From the NCBI GenBank assembly GCA_009914755.4, contig CP068257.2, forward strand, positions 44,928,001-44,992,000: a stretch of 64,000 bases of DNA, written 5' to 3'. A program made the position numbers and the translations under genes. A model generated the notes under the pieces. It had not been told where the DNA came from. It made no database searches and saw nothing but the letters and a program-made list of their open reading frames with translations. The stretch is from the human T2T-CHM13v2.0 reference genome, Homo sapiens. Below, piece after piece: positions 12,220 to 25,581 of the stretch. Every line of letters starts with the position of its first letter. Position 1 is the first letter of the stretch.

Positions 12220-12378
12220 GACACCAGCCGTACGTCTAGGACTGACACATTGTCATTATCATGGACGCTAATCACAAGGTGTCGTGTGCAGTGGCGTGCA
12301 GGTGGTGTGCACGCAGATCTGCGAACAGCCCACCTGCACGCACCAGCATACAGATGAGCTCAAAGATCGCTTTCCTAG

Positions 12379-12502
12379 GGCACCGTCACAAGCACTGCAA
12401 CCTGTGTCCAGCTGCACAAAAGGGCTGAGAGAGTGGCCGCGGCTCTGATGGAGAAGGGAAGACTGAGTGTTGGGGACCATGTGGCTCTGGTCTACCCACC
12501 AG
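12379..12502 (+). CDS. DIP2A: DIP2A coding exon
   Basis: Acceptor gctttccTAG, donor GTGGGC at 12503. Encodes GTVTSTATCVQLHKRAERVAAALMEKGRLSVGDHVALVYPP. Confidence 0.9.
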
Positions 12503-12784
12503 GTGGGCTCACTGTGGGGCTGTCCACCTGCAGCTCTTTGTAAGCAGCCTCCTATCCTAAGCAGCCCCCTAGACACTCCCTCCCCGAAGCATCTTCCAAA
12601 ACTAAGCTCAGCCCCTCCTCTCTGCATGTGTCTGCCTCCTCAGCTCAGCTACCCCTGTGGAAACCCAGGAGTCACCCATGCCCCCCCAGCACCACCTCCC
12701 CTCCTCTCTCGCAGGAACAGTGAACAGAGGCTGGTGGGAGCCTCTTGCGGCCGGCCTCCTCACAGCCAGTCCTTGTCTCCACAG

Positions 12785-12906
12785 GGGTGGACCTCATTGC
12801 CGCGTTCTATGGCTGCTTGTACTGTGGCTGCGTGCCTGTCACCGTGCGGCCCCCGCACCCTCAGAACCTCGGCACCACACTGCCCACCGTCAAGATGATC
12901 GTGGAG
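12785..12906 (+). CDS. DIP2A: DIP2A coding exon
   Basis: Acceptor ttgtctccacAG, donor GTGCGC at 12907. Encodes (G)VDLIAAFYGCLYCGCVPVTVRPPHPQNLGTTLPTVKMIVE. Confidence 0.9.
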
Positions 12907-13031
12907 GTGCGCCTACCTGGCCCGCGGGTCAGAGTCTGTGAGTGGGAGGCTGCAAGGCTGCCCTCCGCTGCCCCCTTTTCTGGGCAGCTTGAGAGGCCCC
13001 GCCCACCCACCCTTGGCCCCTCGCCATGCAG

Positions 13032-13143
13032 GTCAGCAAGTCTGCATGCGTCCTCACCACGCAGGCTGTCACACGGCTGCTCAGGTCCAAGGAGGCTGCT
13101 GCTGCCGTGGACATCAGGACCTGGCCCACCATCCTAGACACAG
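13032..13143 (+). CDS. DIP2A: DIP2A coding exon
   Basis: Acceptor tcgccatgcAG, donor GTGCGT at 13144. Encodes VSKSACVLTTQAVTRLLRSKEAAAAVDIRTWPTILDT. Confidence 0.9.
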
Positions 13144-14191
13144 GTGCGTGTCCTCGCACTGCCCAGGACCAGTCCCTTTTCCTTTCTTTGTTGTAGGTGT
13201 GGTGTGGCCTGGCTGCCGTCCAAAAACACACGTGAGGCAAGAGCAGTCCTGGCAGGAGCCTGGCTGACAGCAGGGGGTGCCCCGGGCCCTGGTGGGGAGT
13301 AGGGGTCCCTGTCCCATGTGTAAACCCACGCTCCACTCAGCCCACAGCAGCCGCACCCAGTCCCAAGTGGTGTGGAGCACAGCCTTGCCCCTCTCACCCG
13401 CCTCCTACTGGCATGGGGGCTGGCAGCTCTCTGAGGCTTTCTGCAAACGCTTTGAGGACACAGCTCCCACCGCATGCCGCCACTCCAGCATCCCTGTCCC
13501 CATCATTGGTGAATGCTGTCATGCCCCATGAAATGCTGAGGGCCAACAGGGTGAGGGTCAGAAACCCCCCTGGCTCCCCTCTGCCGTGGACCTGTCTCAG
13601 CCTGGGCTGGATGGGGCTGGGCCAGGGCAGCTGGTGTAGGGGAGGGCAGGCTCAGAGCCAAACAGCTGGCCAGGGCCCCAAAGCCTCACGGGCTTGCCTC
13701 AAGGGGAGCGGTGCCTGCCCTGCTGAGCCTGTGTCCAGTTGCACCCAGGGAGGCAGTGGTGTCTGGCTCATGGGGCCACGAGAACTTGATGAAGCACGCA
13801 GAACCCAGAGCCCGTCCACAGCTATTCTTGCTGTGGTCGGGACTCGGCTCATCTGGGCTTTGCCATAGGCTCTGTGACTTTTGGCAAATCCCTAGTCCTC
13901 TAATCTTTCCTACTGGTCAGTGACGTGATGCCTCCCCTCTTCGCCCTGCCTCGTCCCCCATCCCCACAGGCTCAGTGTGGTCTTGGTGGGACCGGGTAGC
14001 GTTTCCATGAAGAATGAAATACGCTTTCCTGAGCACGCACAGCCTGCATCGTCACGGCCCCACTCCCGTCTGAGCTCACTCTCTGCAGGACTCCCAAGGA
14101 CAAATCATGTGTCGCCTCTTGCCTGTGAAAGCCCAGAGCGTTCAGAATACATGTGGGAACACTAATGTTGCTGGTGTCTCCTGTTTAACAG

Positions 14192-14301
14192 ATGACATCC
14201 CAAAAAAGAAGATAGCAAGCGTTTTCAGGCCCCCCTCCCCCGATGTCCTCGCATACTTGGACTTCAGCGTGTCAACCACTGGGATATTAGCGGGAGTGAA
14301 G
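14192..14301 (+). CDS. DIP2A: DIP2A coding exon
   Basis: Acceptor ctcctgtttaacAG, donor GTAGGT at 14302. Encodes (D)DIPKKKIASVFRPPSPDVLAYLDFSVSTTGILAGVK, which carries a degenerate AMP-binding core motif (A3). Confidence 0.9.
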
Positions 14302-14611
14302 GTAGGTCCTCTGAAATCTTGTTTGCTTCAGCCCCTAGAAATCAGGAGGAGTGGACAGAAAGGATGTCAGATGCAGATTTAAACTGACAGGTCCTTCTTA
14401 TGCAAAGCACAAAGCAACAATTTTGCTTCTTAAGATTTGTGTTAAATACCAATAAATGCTAAGATGTGATTAGCCTGAGAGTAATGCGTTTTCTGATGCA
14501 TTATGGTTATGTCTAAACTTTCTGATTTATGACTGTCTAGCTTACAGGAACTGGTGGCTTTGAAGAATCTCTTACCTTGCTGGGAGTCAATAGCTCAATT
14601 AAAATTTTTCA

Positions 14612-14924
<313 letters not shown>

Positions 14925-15148
14925 TCATTACCCTGAAATTTTGTTTCAAAGATTTTTAGTGTACCATTTCTTGGGTATTATTTAGGTTATATGGGGATTT
15001 GAGCCAACCGTCTTTTAAGGAAATAAATATGATGTTTGGTAGTTCGGAGCTATGGTCTAGCCATGTGAACAGCGGACACTGCCATCCACCCTCTCCCCTC
15101 CTGAATTTCATTTCACTTTTTTTTTTTGAACTTTATTTTACTCTTAAG

Positions 15149-15279
15149 ATGTCGCACGCGGCCACAAGCGCCTTATGCCGCTCCATAAAGCTGCAGTGTG
15201 AGCTGTACCCCTCGCGGCAGATCGCCATCTGCCTCGACCCCTACTGTGGCCTTGGTTTTGCCCTGTGGTGTCTGTGCAG
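15149..15279 (+). CDS. DIP2A: DIP2A coding exon
   Basis: Acceptor ttttactcttaAG, donor GTGAGT at 15280. Encodes MSHAATSALCRSIKLQCELYPSRQIAICLDPYCGLGFALWCLC(S). Confidence 0.9.
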
Positions 15280-15794
15280 GTGAGTGCAGGGCCCCTGCTG
15301 CCTGCCAGGTGGGAGCAGCTCGTGTGGCTCTTAGGAACCTTGGCCTTCTAAGGCACCTTTTCTGGGTGCTCAGGAAGCCGATGAGATGTGTGTGAGTGGG
15401 TTTGTTTGGGGATGAAGTGGGTTGGAGTCTGAGTCTGAAATTGAGTGAAAATACATTTTTCATTAAATACACTGTCCGTTATCAGTACTTGGGAAGAATC
15501 TGCTTGATTCCTTCAAACACTAGAAAGTGGCGATCCGTCTCTAGAAGTGAATGCCTCTGGAGTGGTGTCCCCGGATCCTCTCCAAGTGTTCGGAGCAGAG
15601 CTCAGAACCCCGTGCCTGCCATCCCCCAACCTTCACCCTGTGGCATGTTTTCCACCAAACCCCCCCACTTGGCGTCAGAACAGAAATCATGCCCCTGTTG
15701 TGGCTGGAAAAGAAGTGTTCTTGAGGAAGGGAAGAGTGGAGTGCCCAGGGTGCTGGGTGGGCGGGCGGAGCCTCACGAGCCTTCCCTCTCGCAG

Positions 15795-15963
15795 TGTCTA
15801 CTCGGGACACCAATCAGTGCTGGTGCCCCCGCTGGAGCTGGAGAGCAACGTGTCCCTGTGGCTGTCGGCCGTCAGCCAGTACAAGGCCCGCGTCACCTTC
15901 TGCTCCTACTCTGTGATGGAGATGTGCACCAAGGGCCTAGGCGCACAGACGGGTGTCCTCAGG
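15795..15963 (+). CDS. DIP2A: DIP2A coding exon
   Basis: Acceptor cttccctctcgcAG, donor GTGAGT at 15964. Encodes VYSGHQSVLVPPLELESNVSLWLSAVSQYKARVTFCSYSVMEMCTKGLGAQTGVLR. Confidence 0.9.
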
Positions 15964-16432
15964 GTGAGTGCCCAGACCCGGGCTTCTGAGTGTGCTGCAG
16001 ACCACAGCCCTGGGAAGTTTAAAAACAACAAAACAAAACAAGACTCCCAAGGCCCCTCCCTGCAGTTGGAGGAAGTAGAGAAAACCCTTTCCCACTAGGG
16101 GCCCTATGTACACATCTGTCCTCCCACGGCCCACCTGTCTCTGCAGCTCCACACCCCGCAGGAGAGGAGGGTGGGGGGTAGGGCAGGGTCCCTGCGAGAT
16201 AGCGGGGTGGAAGTCTGGCCGCGTGGGAGGGCAGGTGTGGGATGCAGGTCAGATGGGAATCGTTTAGCGCATCCACACGTAGGATTCTGTGGAACAGACA
16301 CAGCCTGCGGAGAGGAGGTTGGTGTCCAGCTCCACCTCTGTGTGCCCACCCGGAGATTTCCCAAAACAGTGCCCAGGGCCCTGGCAACTCACTGAGCTGT
16401 GGCCGTGGCCTGACCGCTCACCCCTCCCGCAG

Positions 16433-16603
16433 ATGAAGGGGGTGAACCTGTCATGTGTGCGCACGTGCATGGTGGTCGCCGAGGAGCGGCCCAGGATTGC
16501 GCTGACCCAGTCCTTCTCCAAGCTCTTCAAGGACCTGGGCCTGCCGGCCCGCGCCGTAAGCACCACGTTCGGGTGCAGGGTCAACGTGGCCATCTGCCTC
16601 CAG
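16433..16603 (+). CDS. DIP2A: DIP2A coding exon
   Basis: Acceptor cacccctcccgcAG, donor GTGAGG at 16604. Encodes MKGVNLSCVRTCMVVAEERPRIALTQSFSKLFKDLGLPARAVSTTFGCRVNVAICLQ. Confidence 0.9.
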
Positions 16604-17027
16604 GTGAGGTGCCTGGGGCCTGCGGTTCTCGAAAGCTGGCTGTTGGCAGCATGGAGACCCAGTTTCCCAGTTGTTAATGTGCCGTTTTGTAGCCGCCTGA
16701 TCTATTTCTCCTTCTCTGAGCCTTTGATATCTCATTTCCATGTAACATTTTAGCTTCAAGGGTTTTATTTTTAAAGATGTTCTATTCTAGTTGGAGAAAG
16801 GCTTATTTGGAAAAAAAACACATTGTTTTTGAACAGTGACTAATAACTGTAAGACTCTCTAAGTTAGATATAAAACACAGCTAAGTTCTTAAAGCAAGAT
16901 TGAACTTACTGTTTTAAGATATCTAGCAATATTAAATTGAAACATTAATAAATGTGGTAATTTGTGTTGACTCAAATTCATTTCTGAAACCATGAAATGT
17001 CTTATTAAAAGGAAGCACCAAGTTTCA

Positions 17028-17354
<327 letters not shown>

Positions 17355-18932
17355 TCAGAGATTGAAGAGCTCACGGCAGTTCTGTTTATTGCTTCCTCAG
17401 ATAGCTACAGCTGTTGCCCAGATTTTGTACTAGTATCTCAATTTCATTTCTTTCTAAAAACATCTTAAAACCAATTGGCTTTTTAGATAACCCTACATAT
17501 TGAACGCCTTATTCACCCACATAGTACAAGAATAGCTGGAAGGAAATGGCACCTGTCCGTGCCAGAGCAGGGCTGAGTGCAGGTCTGTCTCTGTTTCCAA
17601 AGTGTTTGCTTGGCCTTGTGCCTCCCCATCACAGTGGCAGTGCACGCAGGGCAGGGCGGGGGCTCTGCTCACACCCTCTTCACCACAAAAAGACCCCTGA
17701 CCACTCAAGCCTCAGACCCTTGTCACGCAGCAGAGGAGATCGGGCGGGAGCCTTTTGTGAGCTCGCTTCCTGTGTAGGCTGTGGCTGAGCGTGGGTGCCG
17801 GCCTTTGTGTTAGCGGCTCTGCGTCTGCAAGCCTGGGGCCTCCTTGCTAGACGTCGGAAGGGTATGGATGCCACACATGATTGCAGAAATGATGTTAATG
17901 GGATGTTCACGTTTGCTCTTTAAGATACAGAGGTGGGTTTTGCTCTCTCTTTCCCTGTGTTTCTCATGTGGCTGCTGCTTCTGTGTGTGTTTCCTGTGGC
18001 TGTCTCCTCCCTGTCTCACTCTGCTGCCTCCTTGGCCTCTGTCAGCCCAACAGGCTGGGAAAGCTGGCTGAGCAGGTATGACCTTGACCTTGACCTTGTT
18101 GGTGCCTCTGTGCTTCCCCCTCCCATGAGTTCATGTGACTTTCTCGTGAATTCTAGACAAACATGTTTCTTTTGCTGTCTTACTTTGTTCACAGTGGATA
18201 TTACTTGACATATTACAAAAGCTCCCTTGTAACCAAATTTAAAAGTAAAACTATTTTCAAAAAATGTTAATGCTCATAGCATTGCCTTGGGAGGAAGGGC
18301 TGTGTTTAGTTCCAGTGCAGAGGTGTTTAATTCCAGTGCAGACACAGGTTATGTTGTCTGGGATCTTTAAGGGTGATGTTGATCAGAGTACTCATTTAAT
18401 TGATGTTCCTTATTGAATAAAATGACACATAATGTCCTTTAGTCGGGATTAATGTTAACTGTAAGATTCAGAAAGGAAGAGAGTAGAAAGGTGAAGGCTG
18501 CCATCCATCTCACCTGAGTGAGTCTCGGCTGCGAGCAGTCCCCGGTAGAATTAGGCTGGTTGGTGAGAGGCAAGGCCCTGCCTGACAGCATGGTGGAAAT
18601 GCCCCTCAAATCCTAATGGTGTTTTCATCACAGCAAGAGACCAGTGGGAATAGAAAGTTGTTAGAACTGAAATGTAAAGTGGCATGATTTGGTGTTTTCA
18701 GAGTCATTGAGTGTTTCGCTCAATATTATCAAGCTCTGTGGATGTTTGGATGGAAAGCATCAGACTGCCTGGGGGACCTTGAACCCCTAGGCGGACTCAC
18801 TGCAGGGAGCAGAGCTGCTACCTTCTTGGGTGTCCCCGGGGGCCAGGGAGGAGCTGCCATGCAGCTGTGCCTGTAGAAACAAGATGTTAAGTGAGGCCCC
18901 TGAACAGAAGTTCCTCTGCTGCTCTCCTTCCA

Positions 18933-18994
18933 GGGCACAGCTGGCCCGGACCCCACAACCGTCTACGTGGACATGCGGGCACTGCGCCATGACA
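18933..18994 (+). CDS. DIP2A: DIP2A coding exon (62 nt)
   Basis: Acceptor tgctctccttccAG, donor GTAATG at 18995. Encodes GTAGPDPTTVYVDMRALRHD(R). Confidence 0.88.
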
Positions 18995-19320
18995 GGTAAT
19001 GCTCCCAGCCTGCCTGGGCCCCATGGATACCCAGTGGCAAAGTGATGCAAACCAGGTCGGCACTGACTATGCACCCCCGGGACCCAGGCATTAGAGGACG
19101 GCGGGGCCAAGTCAGGCCTACCGGGACACCTGGATGGGCACATGAGAGGACAGCTGGCTACATTGGGCCATCTGCACCAAGAGGAAGAGGAGAGCTGTGT
19201 GCCCCACTCCGGGCGTGCCTCCCAGGGGAGCTCAGTGTCTATCTCTGTGCGCCCGTGTCCCCAGGGCTGCAGTTAACATCCCTTTATCTATCACACAACC
19301 AGGAAGAATAAGAGTGGCCC

Positions 19321-19493
19321 CTGTGACATTTGGTTCTTTAGAGGGACAGGGACAGAGAGAAGACAAGTAACCCATCTACTGGCAAGAACGTTTCTTACCC
19401 GATGACCCATGTGACATTTGGTTTTTAGAGGGATAGGGACAGATAGAAGACAAGTTATCCATCTACTGGCAAGAACGTTTCTTACCTGATGCT
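19321..19493. repeat. Roughly 86-bp tandem duplication (2 copies, about 90% identity) in a DIP2A intron
   Basis: ctgtgacatttggttctttagagggacagggacagagagaagacaagtaacccatctactggcaagaacgtttcttacccgatgac is followed by a near-identical copy. Confidence 0.9.
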
Positions 19494-19959
19494 GTCATAG
19501 GATCTGACTTAGTTTCATCTTGATGAACGATGGTGGTGCATACAGTGTGTGCTTGCTGGTCTGTGGTCAGATGTGTATCAGGGCCCCTCCCAGCTTTGAA
19601 GCTCAGATCCCAGTCCTGGATTCTCAAGTATGGCCACACTGTAGCTTGATGTAAACACTAGGTTTAGCTTACTGGGTGCCAGGGGCTTGCTGGGTTCAGG
19701 GAGGACCTAAACGAAATGTAGAGTGAGCTGCTGTGAGCACATGGGGTGGGTGGCGAGTGCATGCGGGTGGCGGCACTTGGGACCGCAGCGTGGTTGGGGT
19801 GTCCCTGCCATTCATGGCAGGTGTGCTGTGGAAAGGTTGACATCCTGACTGTTGTCAACAGACCCTCAGAGTGATCATTTCCAACGTCATGATCTGCCCT
19901 TTCAGACATTACTACCTGTGTAGTAAATTTTGTACTGAAATTGTTCCCTTAATTTTTAG

Positions 19960-20017
19960 GGTTCGTTTGGTAGAACGGGGTTCTCCGCACAGCCTGCCAT
20001 TGATGGAGTCTGGAAAG
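19960..20017 (+). CDS. DIP2A: DIP2A coding exon (58 nt)
   Basis: Acceptor ccttaatttttAG, donor GTAGTG at 20018. Encodes VRLVERGSPHSLPLMESGK. It restores the frame left by the previous exon. Confidence 0.85.
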
Positions 20018-22069
20018 GTAGTGGAAACCAAGACGCGTGCATTCTGAGTCGCGTCTGAGACCTTTGTCTGAAGCATCACCCCGTGGAGGGTGCTGGGGGC
20101 TGCGGCTCTGATGAACACAGGTCGACTTCTGGTTGGGGTGGGCTCGGCTGCTGCAGAAGTCTCCTTCCCTCCTTTGTGGCTGGTATATAGAATTACTTAG
20201 TTATGTTTTTAAACACACATCTGAGCTCAAAGCCAAGAAAGGGAGAAGTTCAGGTGCAGGAATAAAGAACTCCCGCTGGGTGGGTGGCAGGCCTCAGGCC
20301 TCTGGGGCCAGGGCCATGGAGGGGGGTTCCGGCCCACCCACACATTTAGAGTTAAATGGAGTGGCCCTGGCCCTAAGTTGGAGATGGCAAAATCTCATGC
20401 CCTAGTTTAGGGTGTCAGCAGGGAAGAGGCCCCCAGACCCTGTCGGGGATCTGGGGGATCCTGAGATGGCCCGAGGACTCCCAGGAAAAAACTGAGATGC
20501 TGCAAGAGGTCAGCAGACATAGGCACAGAACAGCATCCTCTGAACCAGGAAGGGTTCAAAGGAAGGAGGAAAAGCCACACAGCCCAGGAAGGCAGCATGA
20601 AGAGTAAGCCAGGCTTGATATGAGTCGGGGACCCTGGTGCCTTCACAACCGCAGAGGCAAGAGAAGGAGCTTGGCCACCCTGACTCCGTTCACTGCCATG
20701 GCCACAGCCACCTGTGGGGAGTCAGAGAGGGGTCCAGAGAGGGACCCAGCCAAGCCATGTGATGTCCAGGATACAGACTCCTGCAGGGCAGCAGGGGTGA
20801 GACTGCGGACAGAAGGCACAGCTGCTGTGAGGGTCTCGAGGTGGGAGCTACAGGGAGGCCAGTGGGACTGGGCTGAGTGTGGGGAGCAGAAGGAGTGCGT
20901 GAGTGAGTGAACTCACATGCAGGTGCAGGGGCTTGAAAAGCTCCCTTCCCATGTCCCCTGTTACAGTCACTTCAGGCGGTAGACCAGCCGAGAGTGGAGT
21001 CGGGTGAGCTTAGTGGACAGCACATCTGTGGGAGCCGTGGGCTGCTGCACGTCCTCCCTTCTCTGAGCACAGGGACATGTGAGCCGCCATCGCACACAGC
21101 TCTGCATCATCCTTGGTGTAAACTCAGCGGGTTTCCCTGGGTCATGGGGCCTCCACGTCGCTCTTTTCCCTGCCCTGCCATGTACAGCCGCACTGTAATT
21201 GTTTAGCTCACCCCCTTTTATTGGACGTTCTTTCCTATTTTGCTGTTACAATCACTTGGGCCTGATAGGTTTGTGTCCTGGAAAGAGCTCTGGTTTTGGG
21301 GCTCAGCTGGGACATGCAGGGAGAAGATGGAGGCTCCAACAGCATCTGGGGAAACAGAACAGTCCCACTCCGCCGGGGAGGGTCTGGCGGTAACCGTAGC
21401 TCACACCTCCCTGTGGCCCGTCGTCCCCTCCTCTTGCCTGCCCTGAGCCTGCAGTGTCATTGCCCCCATTTCATACGTGAGGAAACTGAGGACACAGAAC
21501 AAGCATCCAGGCCTTGTGCAGTCAGGTGGTCTGACCTGAGCCCAGTGAGGGAACACTGGGACCGGGCCTGGGAGGCCAGGTAAGAGATGGTGGCCTCTTG
21601 CCGTCCTGAATTGGCACAGAGCCAGTGCTCAGTGGTTGGACTGACTCGGAGTCACGGGCAGGAAGAACTTCCTCATGGTCAGGTTCCTGGCCAAGAACTA
21701 GGACAGACATGTGCCTCCTGCAGGGCTGGGCACAGCAGGGTCACTGCACCCCTGGATGGATGCCCATCAGGTGCGCTGGCATCACCTGGCTGATTGTCTT
21801 TGTAGGCTTAGTGACCCTCTGCCCCTCCTGACACCCAGAGACGGGATCCCTTCTCAGGAACTGGAGTCATTTTGCTTATTTCTATTAACATCTCTTATTT
21901 CTTTCAAAATTCAAAGTCAAATTTGGAGCGGCCTCTAAACTTCCTGACCTGACATAAGCACATCAGTCCTGCAGGCCAGCTTCTGAGGGACGTTATTTTA
22001 ATGTCACTGAATCAAGAGAGTCTCGTGTCATGTTTTCTTTAACAAGGGACATAGCTCTCCTCCTTCCAG

Positions 22070-22144
22070 ATCCTCCCCGGCGTGAAGGTCATCATCGCAC
22101 ACACCGAGACCAAAGGACCCTTGGGAGACTCACACCTGGGAGAG
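22070..22144 (+). CDS. DIP2A: DIP2A coding exon
   Basis: Acceptor ctctcctccttccAG, donor GTGAGC at 22145. Encodes ILPGVKVIIAHTETKGPLGDSHLGE. Confidence 0.88.
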
Positions 22145-23924
22145 GTGAGCAGGGGCCCATGGGAGGGGCTTGAGCTCTCCAGCCTCACCAGCTTCACCTT
22201 CCTTCCCTTTTTGCTTCAGATTTTGGAATTCTAAACTTGCCTTTGGGAATCTACCAGAAACCATTTGGCCCTTGCCCCGTGTACCTCCCAGACCCAGTTC
22301 CTATGTAGGATTTTGGGGTACTGTGGGACAAACTGCCTCATCCCTAGGTTGACCTAACCAAGAGAGGGGAACCCCTAGGTTTGAGGGCACTGACAGGTGA
22401 GAGGAGCTGCACAGGAACCAGTGGCAGTGTGGAAAACAGCTACCTTGTGCAGGACCCAGCAGCTGCTACGTAAACGTGGTCCCTGGCACCCAGGCAGGAG
22501 CACAGACACGGGGAACTGGCAATAGGGAACTCTGCACCAGAAGAGTTCAGGGCCTCCACCTGCAGCTGGGAGGTTTGGGGAGCTCAGAGCCCTTGTCCTG
22601 AGGACACAGTGGAGGGTGCGGGTCTCCCTGAGAACACAGAGGCTATACAGGAATCCGTTGGGTTGAAATGTCTACATGTATTGCACGTACATCTTGCTGT
22701 AATTTGGGACAGGCATGACTCATTATTTACAGGCAGTGGTGGCAGCTTGACGTGCAGTCCCGAATGTGCAGATTGATCTGTTGTCATGGGAGCATAAGGA
22801 CTCACGTTCCTAGTCCTATCCTCTTGGGGAATGTGCTGTCAAATTGATGTCTTCAAACCAGGCGGGCACAGGCATCATTTGTGAGCTCTGCTGTGAAGCC
22901 AGACTGGGGGCTTCCAGCAAGCCGTGCCCAGAGGGAAATCACTCAGCCTCAGCTGGCTTCTCCTGACTGGGACAAGGGTGTGAGCGTGCGGGCCCTCAGG
23001 TGGTCTTACCGTGTCCTGATGGGAAGGTGTCCTGGGTCCCAACCCTGAGTGTGGCTGGTGTGAGGGACCCTCCCCTCAACCGTCCCACTTCCTGCACAGC
23101 CAAACCCAGGTCTGTAAGTCAAGGGTGTACCCCCAAGAAATGGAGAGTCTGAGCCAGGCATGGTGACCCACCCTTGTGGCAGATGCTCAAGGGAAACGCC
23201 CCTATTGGCCACCCCGTTCTCCTCTTTCAGACGCTGCCATGCAGGGGCGTCTTAGAGCCAGTCGAACTGACCGTGGGTTCTGGACGGACTCTCTCTAGAA
23301 GGGCCCCATGACACTTGGTCCTGCAGGCACAGGCCTCTGGTCCCTTGGTCTCTGCATGGATGCACAAAATGCTTACGTGTGTAGATATGAGGGTGCACAC
23401 AAACACGTGGACAGGTGGATACACACACGTGAACACGGATAGCGGACGCACACACACGCGCGTGGGGCTGACGTTAACCCTGGGATGTGCCGTCTGTTTT
23501 CAGGGCCTCTGTCTTACTGTGAGTCTGAGCAGCTGCACGCTCTCCACTCTGTAAGAACCCTCATTCCTTCAGCCTGTCCCTGTTGTGGAATGTGGGTTGC
23601 TCCCGGCCCTCTCTTATTACCAACAATAGTTGGATGTGAGGAAGGTGGAATTGCCCCTCTCGACTTACCCACGTAGGATAGAGTCCTACAGATGACATTC
23701 TTGGGTCAAAGGAAGAAACACAGTATTTAAGGAGAGAAAAGTTCTGTTTGCTTTCTGTGCCTGTAATTTAACTTAGTTCATAAAATAAGAGACAATGAAT
23801 ATTATCCGCCCCGACTTCGTTCAGTGTTTTCTGGAGCATTATTCTTGGCCAGTGGATGTCTCGTGACAGAATCTGAACTCGGTGGTTGGTAACACATCAC
23901 ATTCTTGTCCTCTGGGCCCACCAG

Positions 23925-24099
23925 ATCTGGGTAAGCAGCCCCCACAATGCCACCGGGTACTACACCGTTTACGGGGAGGAGGCGCTTCATGCCGACCACT
24001 TCAGTGCCCGGCTGAGTTTTGGAGACACACAGACCATCTGGGCAAGGACCGGCTACCTTGGCTTCCTTCGGCGAACAGAGCTCACTGATGCCAGTGGAG
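23925..24099 (+). CDS. DIP2A: DIP2A coding exon
   Basis: Acceptor tctgggcccaccAG, donor GTGAGG at 24100. Encodes IWVSSPHNATGYYTVYGEEALHADHFSARLSFGDTQTIWARTGYLGFLRRTELTDASG. Confidence 0.9.
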
Positions 24100-24771
24100 G
24101 TGAGGGGTTGTGGTGAAGCCCTGCGTGAGTGCTGTGCGGGGAGGACCTGGGCTCCCCAAGAGCTTAGTCACCTGCTAGCACACCTCACTCCTTGCTGTGG
24201 TCTGGTATTGCTCCTTGTGGGGGGAAGATGTTCTGACAGCAGTTTTCTCTGAAAATACTGTTTTCCCTCCATGACTGCCCCTCACTGTCCTTGGGCCCTT
24301 GGCCTCTGCTGAGGGCGTGGGGGACGGTGTTGGTGATAAGGCTACCAGGCTTCTCCCCGAGGCCAGACCGGTCTCTCTGCCGCTGTGTCTTTACCAGTGG
24401 CTTCCCCATGCACAACCCATTTAAGGTTGTGGTCAATGTCCAGAGGACTCTGTGCAGCCACCACAAGCTGGCCAGATAAGGCAGAACTTTTGGTAGCTCC
24501 TATAGATGGTGTCCCGTTCACAGAGATAAGTTATTTTTAATAATACGCTCACACTTGCTGTAACTTTCCTGAGGTGGTTCCGTGCTGCAGAGATAACAGC
24601 CTGCTCTGCCAGGACCTCCATCACCCTTTCTGCACGTGGTGTGCGACCTCATGATGTTTCAGTTGAGACCTCCCTGTGCCTGAGAGCCCCTGGTTGGGCT
24701 CAGAGGATACGAATGTCCAGACTCTGCATGCCTTGGCTTTCTGGGCACGTGTAAACACACACTGTTCACAG

Positions 24772-24895
24772 GGCGGCACGATGCACTGTATGTGGTTGGG
24801 TCTCTGGATGAAACTCTGGAGCTCAGAGGCATGCGGTACCACCCCATCGACATTGAGACCTCTGTCATCCGAGCACACAGGAGCATCGCTGAGTG
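24772..24895 (+). CDS. DIP2A: DIP2A coding exon
   Basis: Acceptor acactgttcacAG, donor GTAAGA at 24896. Encodes (G)RHDALYVVGSLDETLELRGMRYHPIDIETSVIRAHRSIAE(C), an AMP-binding A8-like motif of the form GRxDxxxxxxGxRxxxxEIE. Confidence 0.9.
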
Positions 24896-25581
24896 GTAAG
24901 AGCCCAGGTGGAGGGCGGCTTCACGTGGTCCATCCAGCCCTTCCTCTGGGCATGAGTGCTGTGCATCGGTTGGAGCAGAGCAAGGACTGCTGGGCCCTGG
25001 GCACAGGCCTCCTGCATTGTCACCCTGGTCTGCAGTGGAGCTGGGTGCCATGTAGATGAGCCCTATCTACCTTGGGCATTGCCAGAGAGGGCTGAGGACT
25101 TCTTGTGGGTTCTCCCTCTGGATGTACTCTGCAAAACATGGTGCCAGAGCACACCTCACTGCCTGTGTTTGGGTTTGGCTTGTTTTTTTATCTGTTTCCT
25201 TATCAGTGGTAAGCTAAGAGATTGTCCCCAAATGCACAGGCAAAATGTAGATTTCCACAGGTCTCATCCTGAAGTGTTTCTACTTTTAATATGAGTTTCT
25301 CACATGGTTGTGACTCCTGATTCCTTCACCTGTAGGGAACTTGTGTTGGGACAGGTACAGCTTTCAGCATCAGATAATGCTCTGATTCTCAGTAAAAGCT
25401 TTAGTTGGAATAGACATCCTGTAAAATGGATCTGGCCTGATCTTTAGATTGTAAATGGCCTTAAATAGCTGTGTGACATTGGTGGGCTTCACTCTTCTTT
25501 GTGCCACCCTTTCCCAAGCATTCATTGGCCCCTGTGACCTGTGCCTGTATCCATGTGACCCAGTCTGTCTTCTCTCTGCAG

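Noticed and set aside
15396-16098. 197-aa and 183-aa + strand ORFs overlapping the DIP2A exon at 15795..15963
   Set aside because: They run across intron sequence in frames different from the validated exon frame. The true exon has canonical AG/GT boundaries and joins its neighbours in frame.
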